Below are positions 45,692 to 55,301 of a stretch of DNA of 62,539 bases, in pieces. The DNA is taken from the NCBI GenBank assembly GCA_002477545.1, contig DLQJ01000005.1, positions 1-62,539 on the forward strand, given 5' to 3'. The stretch is from Patescibacteria group bacterium UBA7435. Its GTDB lineage: Bacteria; Patescibacteriota; Minisyncoccia; Phycocordibacterales; UBA918. The position numbers and the translations under genes were made by a program. The notes under the pieces were generated by a model. That model was not told the DNA's origin. It ran no database searches and saw nothing but the letters and a program-made list of their open reading frames with translations. The stretch's first letter is position 1. Each line of letters opens with the position of its first letter.

Positions 45692-47920
45692 ATGGCAGTT
45701 AAAAAATCATGGATTCAGCGACACCTTAAAGACATCATCATTGATGCTTTTATTGTGTTGTTTGTGGGGTTGTTATTGGTAATTGGTGGTGTGTTTCTTT
45801 GGGTTTCTACTCTGGAGATACCTGACCTTTCCTCATTCGAGCAGCGTCGTATTCTGCAATCTACAAAAATATATGATCGTACGGGTGAAATATTGTTGTA
45901 CGATCTCCACCAAGACGTTCGTCGAACCATTGTTCCGTTTGAAGATATTTCATATCATATAAAAAATGCGACTGTTGCCATTGAAGATGACCAATTCTAC
46001 AGTCACTTCGGTGTTGACCCGCGTGCAATTATTCGTGCAGCACTTTCTAACCTCACTGCAGGTGACCTACTTGGTGGACAAGGTGGATCTACCATTACCC
46101 AGCAAGTTATAAAAAACTCTATTCTTGAAAACGAAAAGCGTTTAACTCGAAAAATAAAGGAGGCGATTCTTTCAATCAAACTCGAGCGCTTTCTCACCAA
46201 AGACCAGATCTTAGGACATTACCTTAATGAATCACCATACGGTGGAACTATTTACGGTGTTGAAGAAGCATCACAAGCGTTCTTTGGTAAAGCTGCGAAA
46301 GACCTCTCTCTTCCTGAGGCAGCATATCTTGCAGCGCTTCCTCAGGCACCAACCCGACTTTCACCATACGGAAACAATGTTGATCTTTTGGATAAACGAC
46401 AACAACTCGTGCTCGATCGAATGCTTATCAACGGTTTCATCACCCAAGAAGAACACGATGTTGCTGCAAACACACCGGTAATCTTCCAACCACAAGCAGT
46501 GACGGGAATCCGGGCACCACACTTTGTCATGTATGTACGTGAACAACTTGTTGAAAAGTATGGAGAAGAGACACTTTCTGAGAAAGGATTCCGTGTGATC
46601 ACTTCACTTGATTGGGAATTACAAAAAGAAGCTGAACGTATTGTTGCTGAGAAAGCAGCGATTAATACTGAAAAATATAATGCAAGTAACGCTGGGATGA
46701 TCGCACTAGATCCCCAAACAGGAGACATTTTAGTAATGGTTGGATCGCGTGATTATTTCGATGAAGAAATTGATGGGAACTTTAATGTAACACTCTCAGC
46801 ACGACAGCCGGGTTCTTCAATTAAACCAATGGTATATGCTTCAGCGTTCACCAACGGCTACACACCTGACACTATTGTGTACGATGTAAAAACACAATTT
46901 AGTACCGCCTGTGACACGTTCAATCAAACATCAGTGGAGCCATGTTATTCACCAAATAACTACAATGGTAAATTCTTAGGGCCAATTAGTCTTCGTAATG
47001 CACTTCCGCAGTCACTTAACATTCCTGCGGTAAAGGTTTTATACTTAACTGGCTTACGTAATGCTATTAAACTCACCAGCGATCTTGGTATCACCACCCT
47101 CAACGACCCAGATCGCCTTGGTCTGACTCTTGTGCTTGGAGGGGGTGAGGTAAAACTTCTTGAACATACTGGAGCATATGGTGTTTTTGCAAACGAAGGA
47201 ATTAAAGCTGACCGTCGAAGCATCCTGCGTGTTGAGAATTCCTCAGGAACCACACTAGAAGAAACGCCAACACAAACACACCGTGTTCTTGATCGTGATG
47301 TTGCACTTATGATCTCCGATATTCTCTCTGATAATGTTGCACGAACACCATTATGGGGTTCAAATTCACTCATTCACTTCCCCAACCGAGATGTTGCTGC
47401 AAAATCAGGAAGTACCAACAACTTACGTGATGCCTGGATTATGGGATACACCCCAAACCTTGCGGTTGGTGTATGGGTTGGAAACAACGACAACAGCACT
47501 ATGGGTGGGGGACTTTCAGGACTTATTGCAACACCAATGTGGCGTGCATTTATGGATGTCGCACTTGAAAAAACGGAAGTTCAGAACTTCGCAGAAGCAC
47601 CTGCGATTGATAAAAACATAAAACCAATCCTTCGTGGGCAAACTCTTGATACCGCAGCACTTATTGAAAGTGTTCAATCAGGAGATACTACACTTGATCT
47701 TGCGGGAATAGCAGCAAATATGCATTCCATCCTCCATTTTGTTGAAAAAACAAACCCATTAGGCCCCTATCCAACAAATCCGGGTGTTGATGGACAATAT
47801 AAATACTGGGAATATGGTGTACAACAATGGAAAAATGTTCAGTATGCAAACTTAATTCCGGAACTTGGTGAAGAAGATGAAGATAATGAGGAAGATCAGA
47901 GTGATGAGGAGGAGGAATAA
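45692..47920 (+). CDS. class A penicillin-binding protein (transglycosylase/transpeptidase) with acidic tail
   Basis: GT51 motifs EDDQFYSHFGVD, GGSTITQQ and RKIKE. Transpeptidase motifs SSIKP, SLN and KSGST. C-terminus is EEDEDNEEDQSDEEEE. Confidence 0.9.
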   Translation: MAVKKSWIQRHLKDIIIDAFIVLFVGLLLVIGGVFLWVSTLEIPDLSSFEQRRILQSTKIYDRTGEILLYDLHQDVRRTIVPFEDISYHIKNATVAIEDDQFYSHFGVDPRAIIRAALSNLTAGDLLGGQGGSTITQQVIKNSILENEKRLTRKIKEAILSIKLERFLTKDQILGHYLNESPYGGTIYGVEEASQAFFGKAAKDLSLPEAAYLAALPQAPTRLSPYGNNVDLLDKRQQLVLDRMLINGFITQEEHDVAANTPVIFQPQAVTGIRAPHFVMYVREQLVEKYGEETLSEKGFRVITSLDWELQKEAERIVAEKAAINTEKYNASNAGMIALDPQTGDILVMVGSRDYFDEEIDGNFNVTLSARQPGSSIKPMVYASAFTNGYTPDTIVYDVKTQFSTACDTFNQTSVEPCYSPNNYNGKFLGPISLRNALPQSLNIPAVKVLYLTGLRNAIKLTSDLGITTLNDPDRLGLTLVLGGGEVKLLEHTGAYGVFANEGIKADRRSILRVENSSGTTLEETPTQTHRVLDRDVALMISDILSDNVARTPLWGSNSLIHFPNRDVAAKSGSTNNLRDAWIMGYTPNLAVGVWVGNNDNSTMGGGLSGLIATPMWRAFMDVALEKTEVQNFAEAPAIDKNIKPILRGQTLDTAALIESVQSGDTTLDLAGIAANMHSILHFVEKTNPLGPYPTNPGVDGQYKYWEYGVQQWKNVQYANLIPELGEEDEDNEEDQSDEEEE

Positions 47921-47957
47921 ATAAAAAGCGGTAGACCTAAGGTCTACCGCTTTTTAT

Positions 47958-48245
47958 TTACCTAATATCCTTAGGAACACTATTTCCACCAAGCCTTCCA
48001 CGTAAGTGGGTAAGAATTTCTTTTTTCTTAAGAAGAATCTCAGACTTCAGAGGGCTAGAAACGCTCACTGAGAGTGTTTTACTATGCACTTTGTATATAA
48101 CGCGCTCTTTGGGTATTTCAATGCCTACAAGGTCTGCCACAACCTCTATGAAGGCATCTACCACAACTCCTTGTGGTGCCTTTAATACCTTCTTGTATTT
48201 TTCAAATAAACTTCCTAGAGGTTTAATACCTTCTCCGCGTGCCAT
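47958..48245 (-). CDS. DUF721 / DciA-like small protein
   Basis: 95 aa. Its position near dnaN and overall pattern (...VHSKTLSVSVSSPLKSEILLKKKEIL) are typical of DUF721. Confidence 0.55.
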   Translation of the reverse strand: MARGEGIKPLGSLFEKYKKVLKAPQGVVVDAFIEVVADLVGIEIPKERVIYKVHSKTLSVSVSSPLKSEILLKKKEILTHLRGRLGGNSVPKDIR

Positions 48246-48262
48246 ATGTGTATATTTTATAT

Positions 48263-48601
48263 TTACTTACTTCCTTTTGGTATGAAATTAAAAGACAATA
48301 TCTTTATTTCAGTGTTCTCATTCACTTTTTCACCGTAATACGTACGATACGTTTCATACATTTCTTCTTCAGTATCAAAACGTTCATGCCCCTCCCAATC
48401 AGAATCGACAAGTGTTCCAAATGTCTTGGTATGTAGAGAGGTAACAACAGCTATTCCAAAAACTTTTAATGTTTCTTTATTTATAAACTCAAGTTCATCA
48501 TTAACCTGAAGATCCTTATCATCGAAAATTCTCCATGTTGAGTGTTTTAAACCTTTTAAAATATCTTCACAAAGATTTGGTCTGAATTTAAGTGTTTTCA
48601 T
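48263..48601 (-). CDS. ASCH-domain protein
   Basis: MKTLKFRPNLCEDILKGLKHSTWRIFDDKDL is a typical ASCH N-terminus. 112 aa. Confidence 0.7.
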   Translation of the reverse strand: MKTLKFRPNLCEDILKGLKHSTWRIFDDKDLQVNDELEFINKETLKVFGIAVVTSLHTKTFGTLVDSDWEGHERFDTEEEMYETYRTYYGEKVNENTEIKILSFNFIPKGSK

Positions 48602-48739
48602 GGGTTTATATTAAACAGTTATCAGCTTGAGAGATACTGCTAATCAGGTTTACTAAGCAATTAATCTTCAGGTTCCAGCGATTTTCTCAGGGGAGAAAAA
48701 TCAGGAACTAAATAGATAATAGGCCCTTTGGGCCTTTAT

Positions 48740-49834
48740 CTATTTATTCATTGGCATAACCAAGTAACGCAAAGACTCATCATTTACTCCTTGAATAACT
48801 AATGGTCTCCCCAACCCTGCAAAATGCATCACAATACTATCTCCTGCGATATGACTTAGTGGTTCTGAAACATATCGTTGATTGAAACTTACTGTCAGAT
48901 CCTCTCCTTCTGTTTGTGCTGATACTGATTCTGTAGTTGTTCCTACGTCTCCACTATTTGAAGATACAGTAACCGAACCTTGTGTTACATGGAGTGTTAC
49001 CTGCATAAATTTATTAAGGAAGATACTTGTCTTCTTAAATGAATGAGCTAAATCATTCTTTAAAAGTGTTGAATGGGTACTGTACTCTTTAGGAATAATT
49101 TGATTATAATCAGGAAATGAACCGGCGGTAAGGCGTGATGTTATGTAGACACCATCAGGGAACGAAAGGGCACACTGATTTTCGTTTACACGGAACTCGG
49201 GCTCTCCATCACGAACGTCACACACGCGAGCTAACTCAATAGCGTTCTTTTGAGGAATAAGAATAGAATCTTCTAAGATAACTCCTTTTTGAGGAACAGT
49301 CTTTTCCATTAAACGAAATGAGTCTGTAGAAACAAATGTGAGTGAGTGTTCTTTCTTTTGCAATATATAAACACTTCCTAGTTCTGGCTTAATTGATGAT
49401 TGGCTGGCTGCAAAAGACGCTGTTTTAATACCTAGAGCAAATAGGGATTTGTTTAAAGTTTGTCCAGGCGCTTCAATTTTTGGAATAGTAGGAAATTCTT
49501 CATGAGGAATAACTTTAATATTTGTTTCAGAACCACTACCCTCAACAACAAGAACCCCTTCTTCTGCACGTAGGGTAATTTCTTTCTGTGACATGTACTG
49601 CACTGTTTGTGTCAGTGTTCCTGCAGGTACTGCTACAGTTCCATCTTCTATTGTTTTGACATCCACACTTGATTCAATACCAATTTCTAAGTTGGTTGCT
49701 TTAAGCGTAAGAGTATTTCCTTTTGTTTCAAGAAGAACACATTGTAAAACAGGTAGTGATACATGTTTAGTACTTATCTTTCCCACAAGTTCTAATCGGT
49801 CAAGTAGTAATTCTCTTTCAATAGTTACGTGCAT
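48740..49834 (-). CDS. dnaN: DNA polymerase III beta sliding clamp
   Basis: 364 aa with three-domain clamp-like periodicity. C-terminal RYLVMPM. Position directly downstream of dnaA. Confidence 0.9.
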   Translation of the reverse strand: MHVTIERELLLDRLELVGKISTKHVSLPVLQCVLLETKGNTLTLKATNLEIGIESSVDVKTIEDGTVAVPAGTLTQTVQYMSQKEITLRAEEGVLVVEGSGSETNIKVIPHEEFPTIPKIEAPGQTLNKSLFALGIKTASFAASQSSIKPELGSVYILQKKEHSLTFVSTDSFRLMEKTVPQKGVILEDSILIPQKNAIELARVCDVRDGEPEFRVNENQCALSFPDGVYITSRLTAGSFPDYNQIIPKEYSTHSTLLKNDLAHSFKKTSIFLNKFMQVTLHVTQGSVTVSSNSGDVGTTTESVSAQTEGEDLTVSFNQRYVSEPLSHIAGDSIVMHFAGLGRPLVIQGVNDESLRYLVMPMNK

Positions 49835-50182
49835 ATTATTATTTTAGTTTCTTCTATTTTACTCTTATTATTAAGCTTGTGGATTTGTGGAAAGGTCAAA
49901 TATGTGGCCTGTTGTATATCTTATTCTTTGGAAGAATTGATGACAGCGTGTGTATTACTACCCTATGACCACTGTGTGAGTCTGGGGACAAGTACCCCTG
50001 TATAGCAGAACTGTGGATTACTCAAGCTCTACACACATCTTGTTAACAGTTCTTCTCTATTTTACCCACAGGATGTCATTATGGCTACTGTGGGTAATTG
50101 GGCGACCTATACCCATCTTTATACACAGTAAAGAAAAAGAAGGAATAAAATAAAACGTTGCAGGTGTGCAACGTTTTATTTT
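49835..50182. promoter_or_regulatory. probable oriC (dnaA-dnaN spacer) with DnaA-box-like 9-mers and AT-rich tract
   Basis: Versus TTATCCACA/TGTGGATAA: TGTGGATTA 50012-50020, TTACCCACA 50062-50070, TGTGGGTAA 50089-50097 and TTATACACA 50119-50127 (8/9 each). TGTGGATTT 49878-49886 and TGTGGAAAG 49886-49894 (7/9). AT-rich 49835-49875. Confidence 0.65.
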
Positions 50183-51667
50183 TTATTTCAACAATAATCT
50201 AATTTGTGTAATTTCTTCTTCAAGTTCTGAATCCCCCTTTAGTGCATTTTTTATCTTTTCACACGAGTGAATAACTGTTGTGTGATCTCGTCCCCCTAAT
50301 TTCTGTCCAATTGCAGGATATGAAACCTGAAAATCTTGCCGAAGGATGTACATAATGAGTTGTCGTGGTTTTACGATCTCTTTACGACGTGTTTTTTCGT
50401 AGATAGATGATGGATCAACATCAAAATATCGCGCCACTTTCTCAACAACATCAGAAACCGCAAGAGTTTTTCGTGGCCGAGTGCTGTTTTTAATGATTTG
50501 CTTCACTTCTTCAAGTGAAAGTGTTCTCCCTAGTAGTTGGGACTGACACATGATGGTGTTTAGTGAACCTTCAAGTTCACGGATGTTCCCTTCGATTGTT
50601 TTGGCTAAGTGATCAACAACATCTTCACTGAGTGAAAGTCCATTTTGTGCAGTTTTGGCACGAAGAATTGCTGCTCGTGATTCCATATCTGGTGCAGGGA
50701 TGTCTACAATCATTCCTTGTGCAAAGCGTGACTGAAGACGTTCTTCGAGTCCGGAGAGAAGTGCTGGGTGAATGTCACTTGAAAACACAATTTGTTTATT
50801 GTTGTCATGTAGTGCATTAAAGAGGTGGAATAGTTCTTCCTGTGTCTTCTCCTTACTTGCAAGGAACTGTACATCATCCATGATAAGCACATCATACTGT
50901 CGGTACTTATCTTTAAAACTGTTAGCAGCACCACTTTGTAGACTGTTGAAATAATCTACTGTAAATCGTTCACTGGTAACATAAAATACTTTCTTCCCCT
51001 GTCGTTTTAGTTGGTTCCCTACTGCTTGGATAAGGTGTGTTTTACCGTGACCAGTTTTACCATAGATAAACAATGGGTTGTATGCGATACCTGGCTTCTC
51101 ACTTACTGTTTTTGCAGCCGTGTGTGCAAGTGCATTAAACGGACCAACCACAAATGTGTCAAACACATATTTTGGGTTAAGGTTGTCACTTTTGTTGATG
51201 TAATACTCTTCAAGTGGAAGTGCAGAATTTACTGTTTGCTGCTTACTTGTCTCCTTCTTCTTGTCGTTTCGTTGCACAACTGCATATTCGATACTTCGTA
51301 CATGTGGTGTAAGTTCACGAAGTGTCTTAAGTGTCATTGGCTGGAATTTGTCAGCAAGCCAATCACGCACAAACACGCTAGGAACCCCAAGGGTTACCGT
51401 CCCATCTTCTAGAGAAACAATGTGCGTGTCTCGGAACCAAGTCTTAAAGTTCGCGGGAGTGATAGATAGTTCAATAGTAACCAATGCATCGTCCCATAGC
51501 TTTTTAACATCGATTTGTTCGGTGTGGACAATACTGTTTGTGGAAGGATGAGATAAAGGATTCATAGTTACAAATTCAGAACTTAGTGAATGCATTATAC
51601 CTGTGTCACAGAAACTGTAAACTCTTTTGCAATTTCCGTAGGTTGTGTCGAGCGATTTTTTTTGCAA
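50183..51667 (-). CDS. dnaA: chromosomal replication initiator DnaA
   Basis: Walker A GKTGHGKTHL, Walker B LIMDDVQFL, sensor/box VII, and C-terminal DNA-binding GGRDHTTVIHSCEKI. The true start may be an internal ATG (51595 or 51565). Confidence 0.95.
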   Translation of the reverse strand: MQKKSLDTTYGNCKRVYSFCDTGIMHSLSSEFVTMNPLSHPSTNSIVHTEQIDVKKLWDDALVTIELSITPANFKTWFRDTHIVSLEDGTVTLGVPSVFVRDWLADKFQPMTLKTLRELTPHVRSIEYAVVQRNDKKKETSKQQTVNSALPLEEYYINKSDNLNPKYVFDTFVVGPFNALAHTAAKTVSEKPGIAYNPLFIYGKTGHGKTHLIQAVGNQLKRQGKKVFYVTSERFTVDYFNSLQSGAANSFKDKYRQYDVLIMDDVQFLASKEKTQEELFHLFNALHDNNKQIVFSSDIHPALLSGLEERLQSRFAQGMIVDIPAPDMESRAAILRAKTAQNGLSLSEDVVDHLAKTIEGNIRELEGSLNTIMCQSQLLGRTLSLEEVKQIIKNSTRPRKTLAVSDVVEKVARYFDVDPSSIYEKTRRKEIVKPRQLIMYILRQDFQVSYPAIGQKLGGRDHTTVIHSCEKIKNALKGDSELEEEITQIRLLLK

Positions 51668-51797
51668 CTGCGGTGAGGTGTGTATAACCTGTGGATAGTT
51701 TTTAGTACCCTTTTAGCCCACTTCCCTTGCGGGGTTACATCGAGACTTGATTTAGATAAACAATAGTGTATAGTTACGCGCATTAAGCAAACGATAT

Positions 51798-51947
51798 ATG
51801 CCAAAACGAACATATCAACCAAGTCAAAAGAAACGAATGACCACTCACGGATTTCTCGTGCGTGCAGCATCTAAAACAGGTGCACGTATTCTTCGAGCAC
51901 GACGTCGAAAAGGACGAGCGCTTTTGACGGTACAAAAATCTAAATAA
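51798..51947 (+). CDS. rpmH: 50S ribosomal protein L34
   Basis: My translation is [49 protein letters not shown] (49 aa, below the ORF-track cutoff). Canonical position upstream of rnpA. Confidence 0.9.
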   Translation: MPKRTYQPSQKKRMTTHGFLVRAASKTGARILRARRRKGRALLTVQKSK

Positions 51948-51973
51948 TCCTCCACAGGAGGTATAATGAGTGT

Positions 51974-52297
51974 ATGCTCAAGAAACAAGAACGATTAACC
52001 AAAAAAGAGTTTGATCGTTCTTTTTCTGTTGGGAAACGGGTACACTCCCCTACAATACAACTTATATATGAAAAAGGCGCTTCTTTTCATGGAGCTGCAG
52101 TGGTTGGTAAAAAAGTACACAAGAAAGCGGTAGACCGAAATAGATTACGTCGACGTATGTATGGGGTGTTATATCGACACCAGAAGACACACAAGCGTAC
52201 AGGTACATATATATTGATCGCTAAACCTGCACTGACAAAGGTTTCTAAAGCTGTCTTTAGCCAAACACTTGAGAGTGTTTTGGATAAGGCACAGTAG
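51974..52297 (+). CDS. rnpA: ribonuclease P protein component
   Basis: MLKKQERLTKKEFDRSF..., a basic RNR-like motif AVDRNRLRRRM, and rpmH-rnpA-yidC synteny. Confidence 0.85.
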   Translation: MLKKQERLTKKEFDRSFSVGKRVHSPTIQLIYEKGASFHGAAVVGKKVHKKAVDRNRLRRRMYGVLYRHQKTHKRTGTYILIAKPALTKVSKAVFSQTLESVLDKAQ

Positions 52298-52383
52298 CGC
52301 CATCTTCGACACTCTATAGTATTCGCGCTACAATGGCACCACCGAAAATGCAGAAGCAGTTTTTAGATTAATTTAGTACCGTT

Positions 52384-53139
52384 ATGTGGAGTTATATTTG
52401 GCATACATTCTTTTTCGACCCGGTGTATAACAGCTTGGTTTTTTTCATTGATGTTGTCCCTGGTGGAGATGTGGGATTGGCTATTGTTGCTACCGTAATC
52501 TTCATTAAGATCGTAATGCTTCCGCTTTCAATTAAGGTAACTAAGATGCAGGTGGTGATGCGAGAGCTTGACCCTAAGATCAAACAACTTAAAAAAGACG
52601 TTCCTGATAAGCAGGAGCAAGCGCGCGCGATGATGGAGTTGTATAAAGAAGCGAAGATAAACCCATTATCGAGTGTCTTTTTAATGTTTATTCAATTTCC
52701 TATTATTATTGCGTTGTATCTGACGGTTTCAAACGGCGCAGGATTCCCGTTTCCAGATATTAACGTTGATCTTTTATATAGTTTTGTAATGCGACCTGAG
52801 GCACCCACAATGATAATGCTTGGGTTCTTTGACATCACACTTAAGAGCTTGCCGTTAGCACTGCTTGCAGGGGCCACACAGTTCCTCCATGTGCATCTCT
52901 CTATGCCTGCACCAACACCAAAGAAAGAAGGTGATGAACCAAGTCTTAAAGAGGACTTTGCACGCAGTATGCAAATGCAGATGCGATACATAATGCCAAT
53001 TATTATTGTGGTTATTGCATATACCCTCTCAGCAGCAATCGCGTTGTACTTTACAGTAAGTAACTTAATGGCTATTGCACAAGAGTTTGTAGTGCGAAGA
53101 CATCGCCCTGCAACGGAAAAAATAGAAGAGGAAGCATAA
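52384..53139 (+). CDS. yidC: YidC/Oxa1-family membrane protein insertase (short form)
   Basis: Polytopic, with PLSIKVTKMQVVMRELDPKIKQLKK...ELYKEAKINPLSS typical of the YidC core. Synteny with rnpA. Confidence 0.85.
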   Translation: MWSYIWHTFFFDPVYNSLVFFIDVVPGGDVGLAIVATVIFIKIVMLPLSIKVTKMQVVMRELDPKIKQLKKDVPDKQEQARAMMELYKEAKINPLSSVFLMFIQFPIIIALYLTVSNGAGFPFPDINVDLLYSFVMRPEAPTMIMLGFFDITLKSLPLALLAGATQFLHVHLSMPAPTPKKEGDEPSLKEDFARSMQMQMRYIMPIIIVVIAYTLSAAIALYFTVSNLMAIAQEFVVRRHRPATEKIEEEA

Positions 53140-53154
53140 ACAGATACACATATA

Positions 53155-53190
53155 AAAACAGGAGCGTTCGAATGAACGCTCCTGTTTTTA
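53155..53190. terminator. bidirectional terminator
   Basis: AAAAACAGGAGCGTTC-GAAT-GAACGCTCCTGTTTTT between convergent yidC and the 53201-54379 gene. Confidence 0.75.
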
Positions 53191-53200
53191 TATGTGTCTG

Positions 53201-54379
53201 CTATTCTGCCGTAGTGTCATATAACCAAAGTGTATGGTCAATTTTGTTGGTGAACGCCAGTAGTTGCCCTCCTTGGTGGATAGAAATCTTTGAAACATCA
53301 ATGGTCCTACCTGTTAAAATAATTGGGTTTGCCTTAAGTTGAGCTGTTTGATCATCAAGGTTGAGGTACCAAAAGTAATCCTCTGAAGTATGTATTCCTT
53401 TGTACCAATCTTCAACAAATGTTGGAGAGGTTACATCTAGGGGTGCTGCACACCACATGAAGTTAGTATCAAATGGATAGGGTGCACATTTTTCTTTCAA
53501 AGCTAATAATGGGAGTGCTTTGAAAGTGCCGTCTTTGTGAATAACACCTGATGTATATACATTATCTACAGTATAGGTGGTTACAATGTGGTTATTTGTG
53601 ACAAGTGCGGAAAGCCCGTTTGCTGAGAATGTGGCTGGGGTGAGGATATTATTTACGATGGTATAGATAAATCCCTCAAGATTATGTGCTGGTTTTGTAC
53701 TGAGATAGATGCTATCAAGACCACTTCCCCAAGACATATCAACGTTGGCATAATTGAATGAAAAAACTTCTCTCTGAGTGAGTGTTTCAATGTCGTGTGT
53801 ATACCCCTTAGTGGTACCATTGTTGGTTAGAGTATAGTGAATCTCAGTGTTGGTTTCAAAAGCAATATTTTCTGCCCCAGGCTGTAGTGCAATACCGATA
53901 ATATTTGTTTCACTTCCTAACGTTCCCACGAACACTTCAGAGGTGTATTGGTTGTATGAGGTAAATGCGACGGTTGAGCCGTCGGGTGAAAATACAGCTG
54001 TGCTTACTTTTGGTACGGTGGTTCGTGATAGTGCGCTTTCAACGCCTGAATCAAGATTAATTTCATAGATGTGTCCCGTCCCACGTTCTACATAACGTAC
54101 TGTTTTCCCGTTGGTTGTTGATGCAAAGATAAATCCTGCAACGGGCCGTGTGGTGAGCTGGCGCAAGGCTGCATCTTTTGTATTAATCACCATGTCTGGA
54201 AGCACTGAGTCGGGCTGTGGGGGTTGTATGGTGGTGCCTTGAGAAGAAAATTCGAATCCAAGATTTGTAAAAACTTCTTTAGTTTCCTTAGGTGCACCAA
54301 AAAGCATTAAGTACACCCAAACTCCTAAGACTGTAATTATAATTATAATTCCAATTGTAATAATAAGTGCGCGATTCAT
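53201..54379 (-). CDS. membrane-anchored hypothetical protein (beta-propeller/TolB-like repeats, tentative)
   Basis: N-terminal TM helix MNRALIITIGIIIIITVLGVWVYLML. Recurring DGSTVAF-type strands. Last gene of the minus-strand T4SS-like cluster. Confidence 0.6.
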   Translation of the reverse strand: MNRALIITIGIIIIITVLGVWVYLMLFGAPKETKEVFTNLGFEFSSQGTTIQPPQPDSVLPDMVINTKDAALRQLTTRPVAGFIFASTTNGKTVRYVERGTGHIYEINLDSGVESALSRTTVPKVSTAVFSPDGSTVAFTSYNQYTSEVFVGTLGSETNIIGIALQPGAENIAFETNTEIHYTLTNNGTTKGYTHDIETLTQREVFSFNYANVDMSWGSGLDSIYLSTKPAHNLEGFIYTIVNNILTPATFSANGLSALVTNNHIVTTYTVDNVYTSGVIHKDGTFKALPLLALKEKCAPYPFDTNFMWCAAPLDVTSPTFVEDWYKGIHTSEDYFWYLNLDDQTAQLKANPIILTGRTIDVSKISIHQGGQLLAFTNKIDHTLWLYDTTAE

Positions 54380-54439
54380 AATATAAGTATATCAGTGACT
54401 ACTGAAGACATCTGTAATTACAGGTAATAACATTGTCTC

Positions 54440-55300
54440 TTATTCTAGGCCGTAATAAATTGTATTAGCGTTAACTGTGGTGGAGTTACAGATTTCACTT
54501 GGATCAGTAATTGTTGGGCAAATACCTAAAAGAGTTGGGCAAGAGGCAAGGACTCGAGTGCAACTTACGGGTACAACTGCGGAACTGAAAGAGCAGGTTA
54601 CTGTTGTGTTTGAATGATTTATGGAGTGAGATTGAAGGACCGTCCCATCACTGTTTGATTTTATTTTACATTGTGTGACGCACTGTGAAGGTCCTACGCT
54701 CCCAGAGAAGTCACAGGTGCAAGAATCTCCAGAACAGGATAATTCAGGCGTTGCAATTGCTGTGTCGTCGCAGCTATATGTTGTACATGCTGAAGATGCG
54801 TCTATTGAACTATTTATTACTTTAGGGGAAAGACAGCTGTTTATAAAATCTTGCATTTCATCCGCCTGAGATTCACAGGTAATATCATTTACTACAGGAC
54901 CTGTGTTCACTGTTGGATTTCGAGGGATGGTAATTTCATCTAATTCCAACACATTTAGATTTGATAATTGTGGATTGATGGTATTAAGGATTAATACCGC
55001 CCCAATAACAATAAGAAGACCTAGTAAAGCTCCTCGAATTGATTTTCTGGCCTGACTCTTGTCGGTGACTACATCTGAAAGCATGTACTGTACTCCTGAA
55101 AAAATAATTTTTACTACTGCTAAGAACGCAGCAACACTAATAGCAGCAAAATATAACGAGTTTACATAGTCTCCCAAAGAAACATTTGCATCTCGGGTAT
55201 CTACATACGGAATACCAACTAATGGGACAAATTGATTTTGTGCGCTAGCAAAGGACGCCGCACTGAGACCAAGTAATAAAAAGAAAACAAAAAAATGCAT
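54440..55300 (-). CDS. T4SS pilin-like (VirB2/TrbC-type hairpin) protein with Cys-rich C-terminal extension
   Basis: Signal peptide, then two TM helices separated by a basic loop (...AISVAAFLAVVKIIFSGVQYM...RKSIRGALLGLLIVIGAVLIL). The C-terminal ~170 aa contain 15 Cys. Confidence 0.55.
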   Translation of the reverse strand: MHFFVFFLLLGLSAASFASAQNQFVPLVGIPYVDTRDANVSLGDYVNSLYFAAISVAAFLAVVKIIFSGVQYMLSDVVTDKSQARKSIRGALLGLLIVIGAVLILNTINPQLSNLNVLELDEITIPRNPTVNTGPVVNDITCESQADEMQDFINSCLSPKVINSSIDASSACTTYSCDDTAIATPELSCSGDSCTCDFSGSVGPSQCVTQCKIKSNSDGTVLQSHSINHSNTTVTCSFSSAVVPVSCTRVLASCPTLLGICPTITDPSEICNSTTVNANTIYYGLE

Positions 55301-55301
55301 A

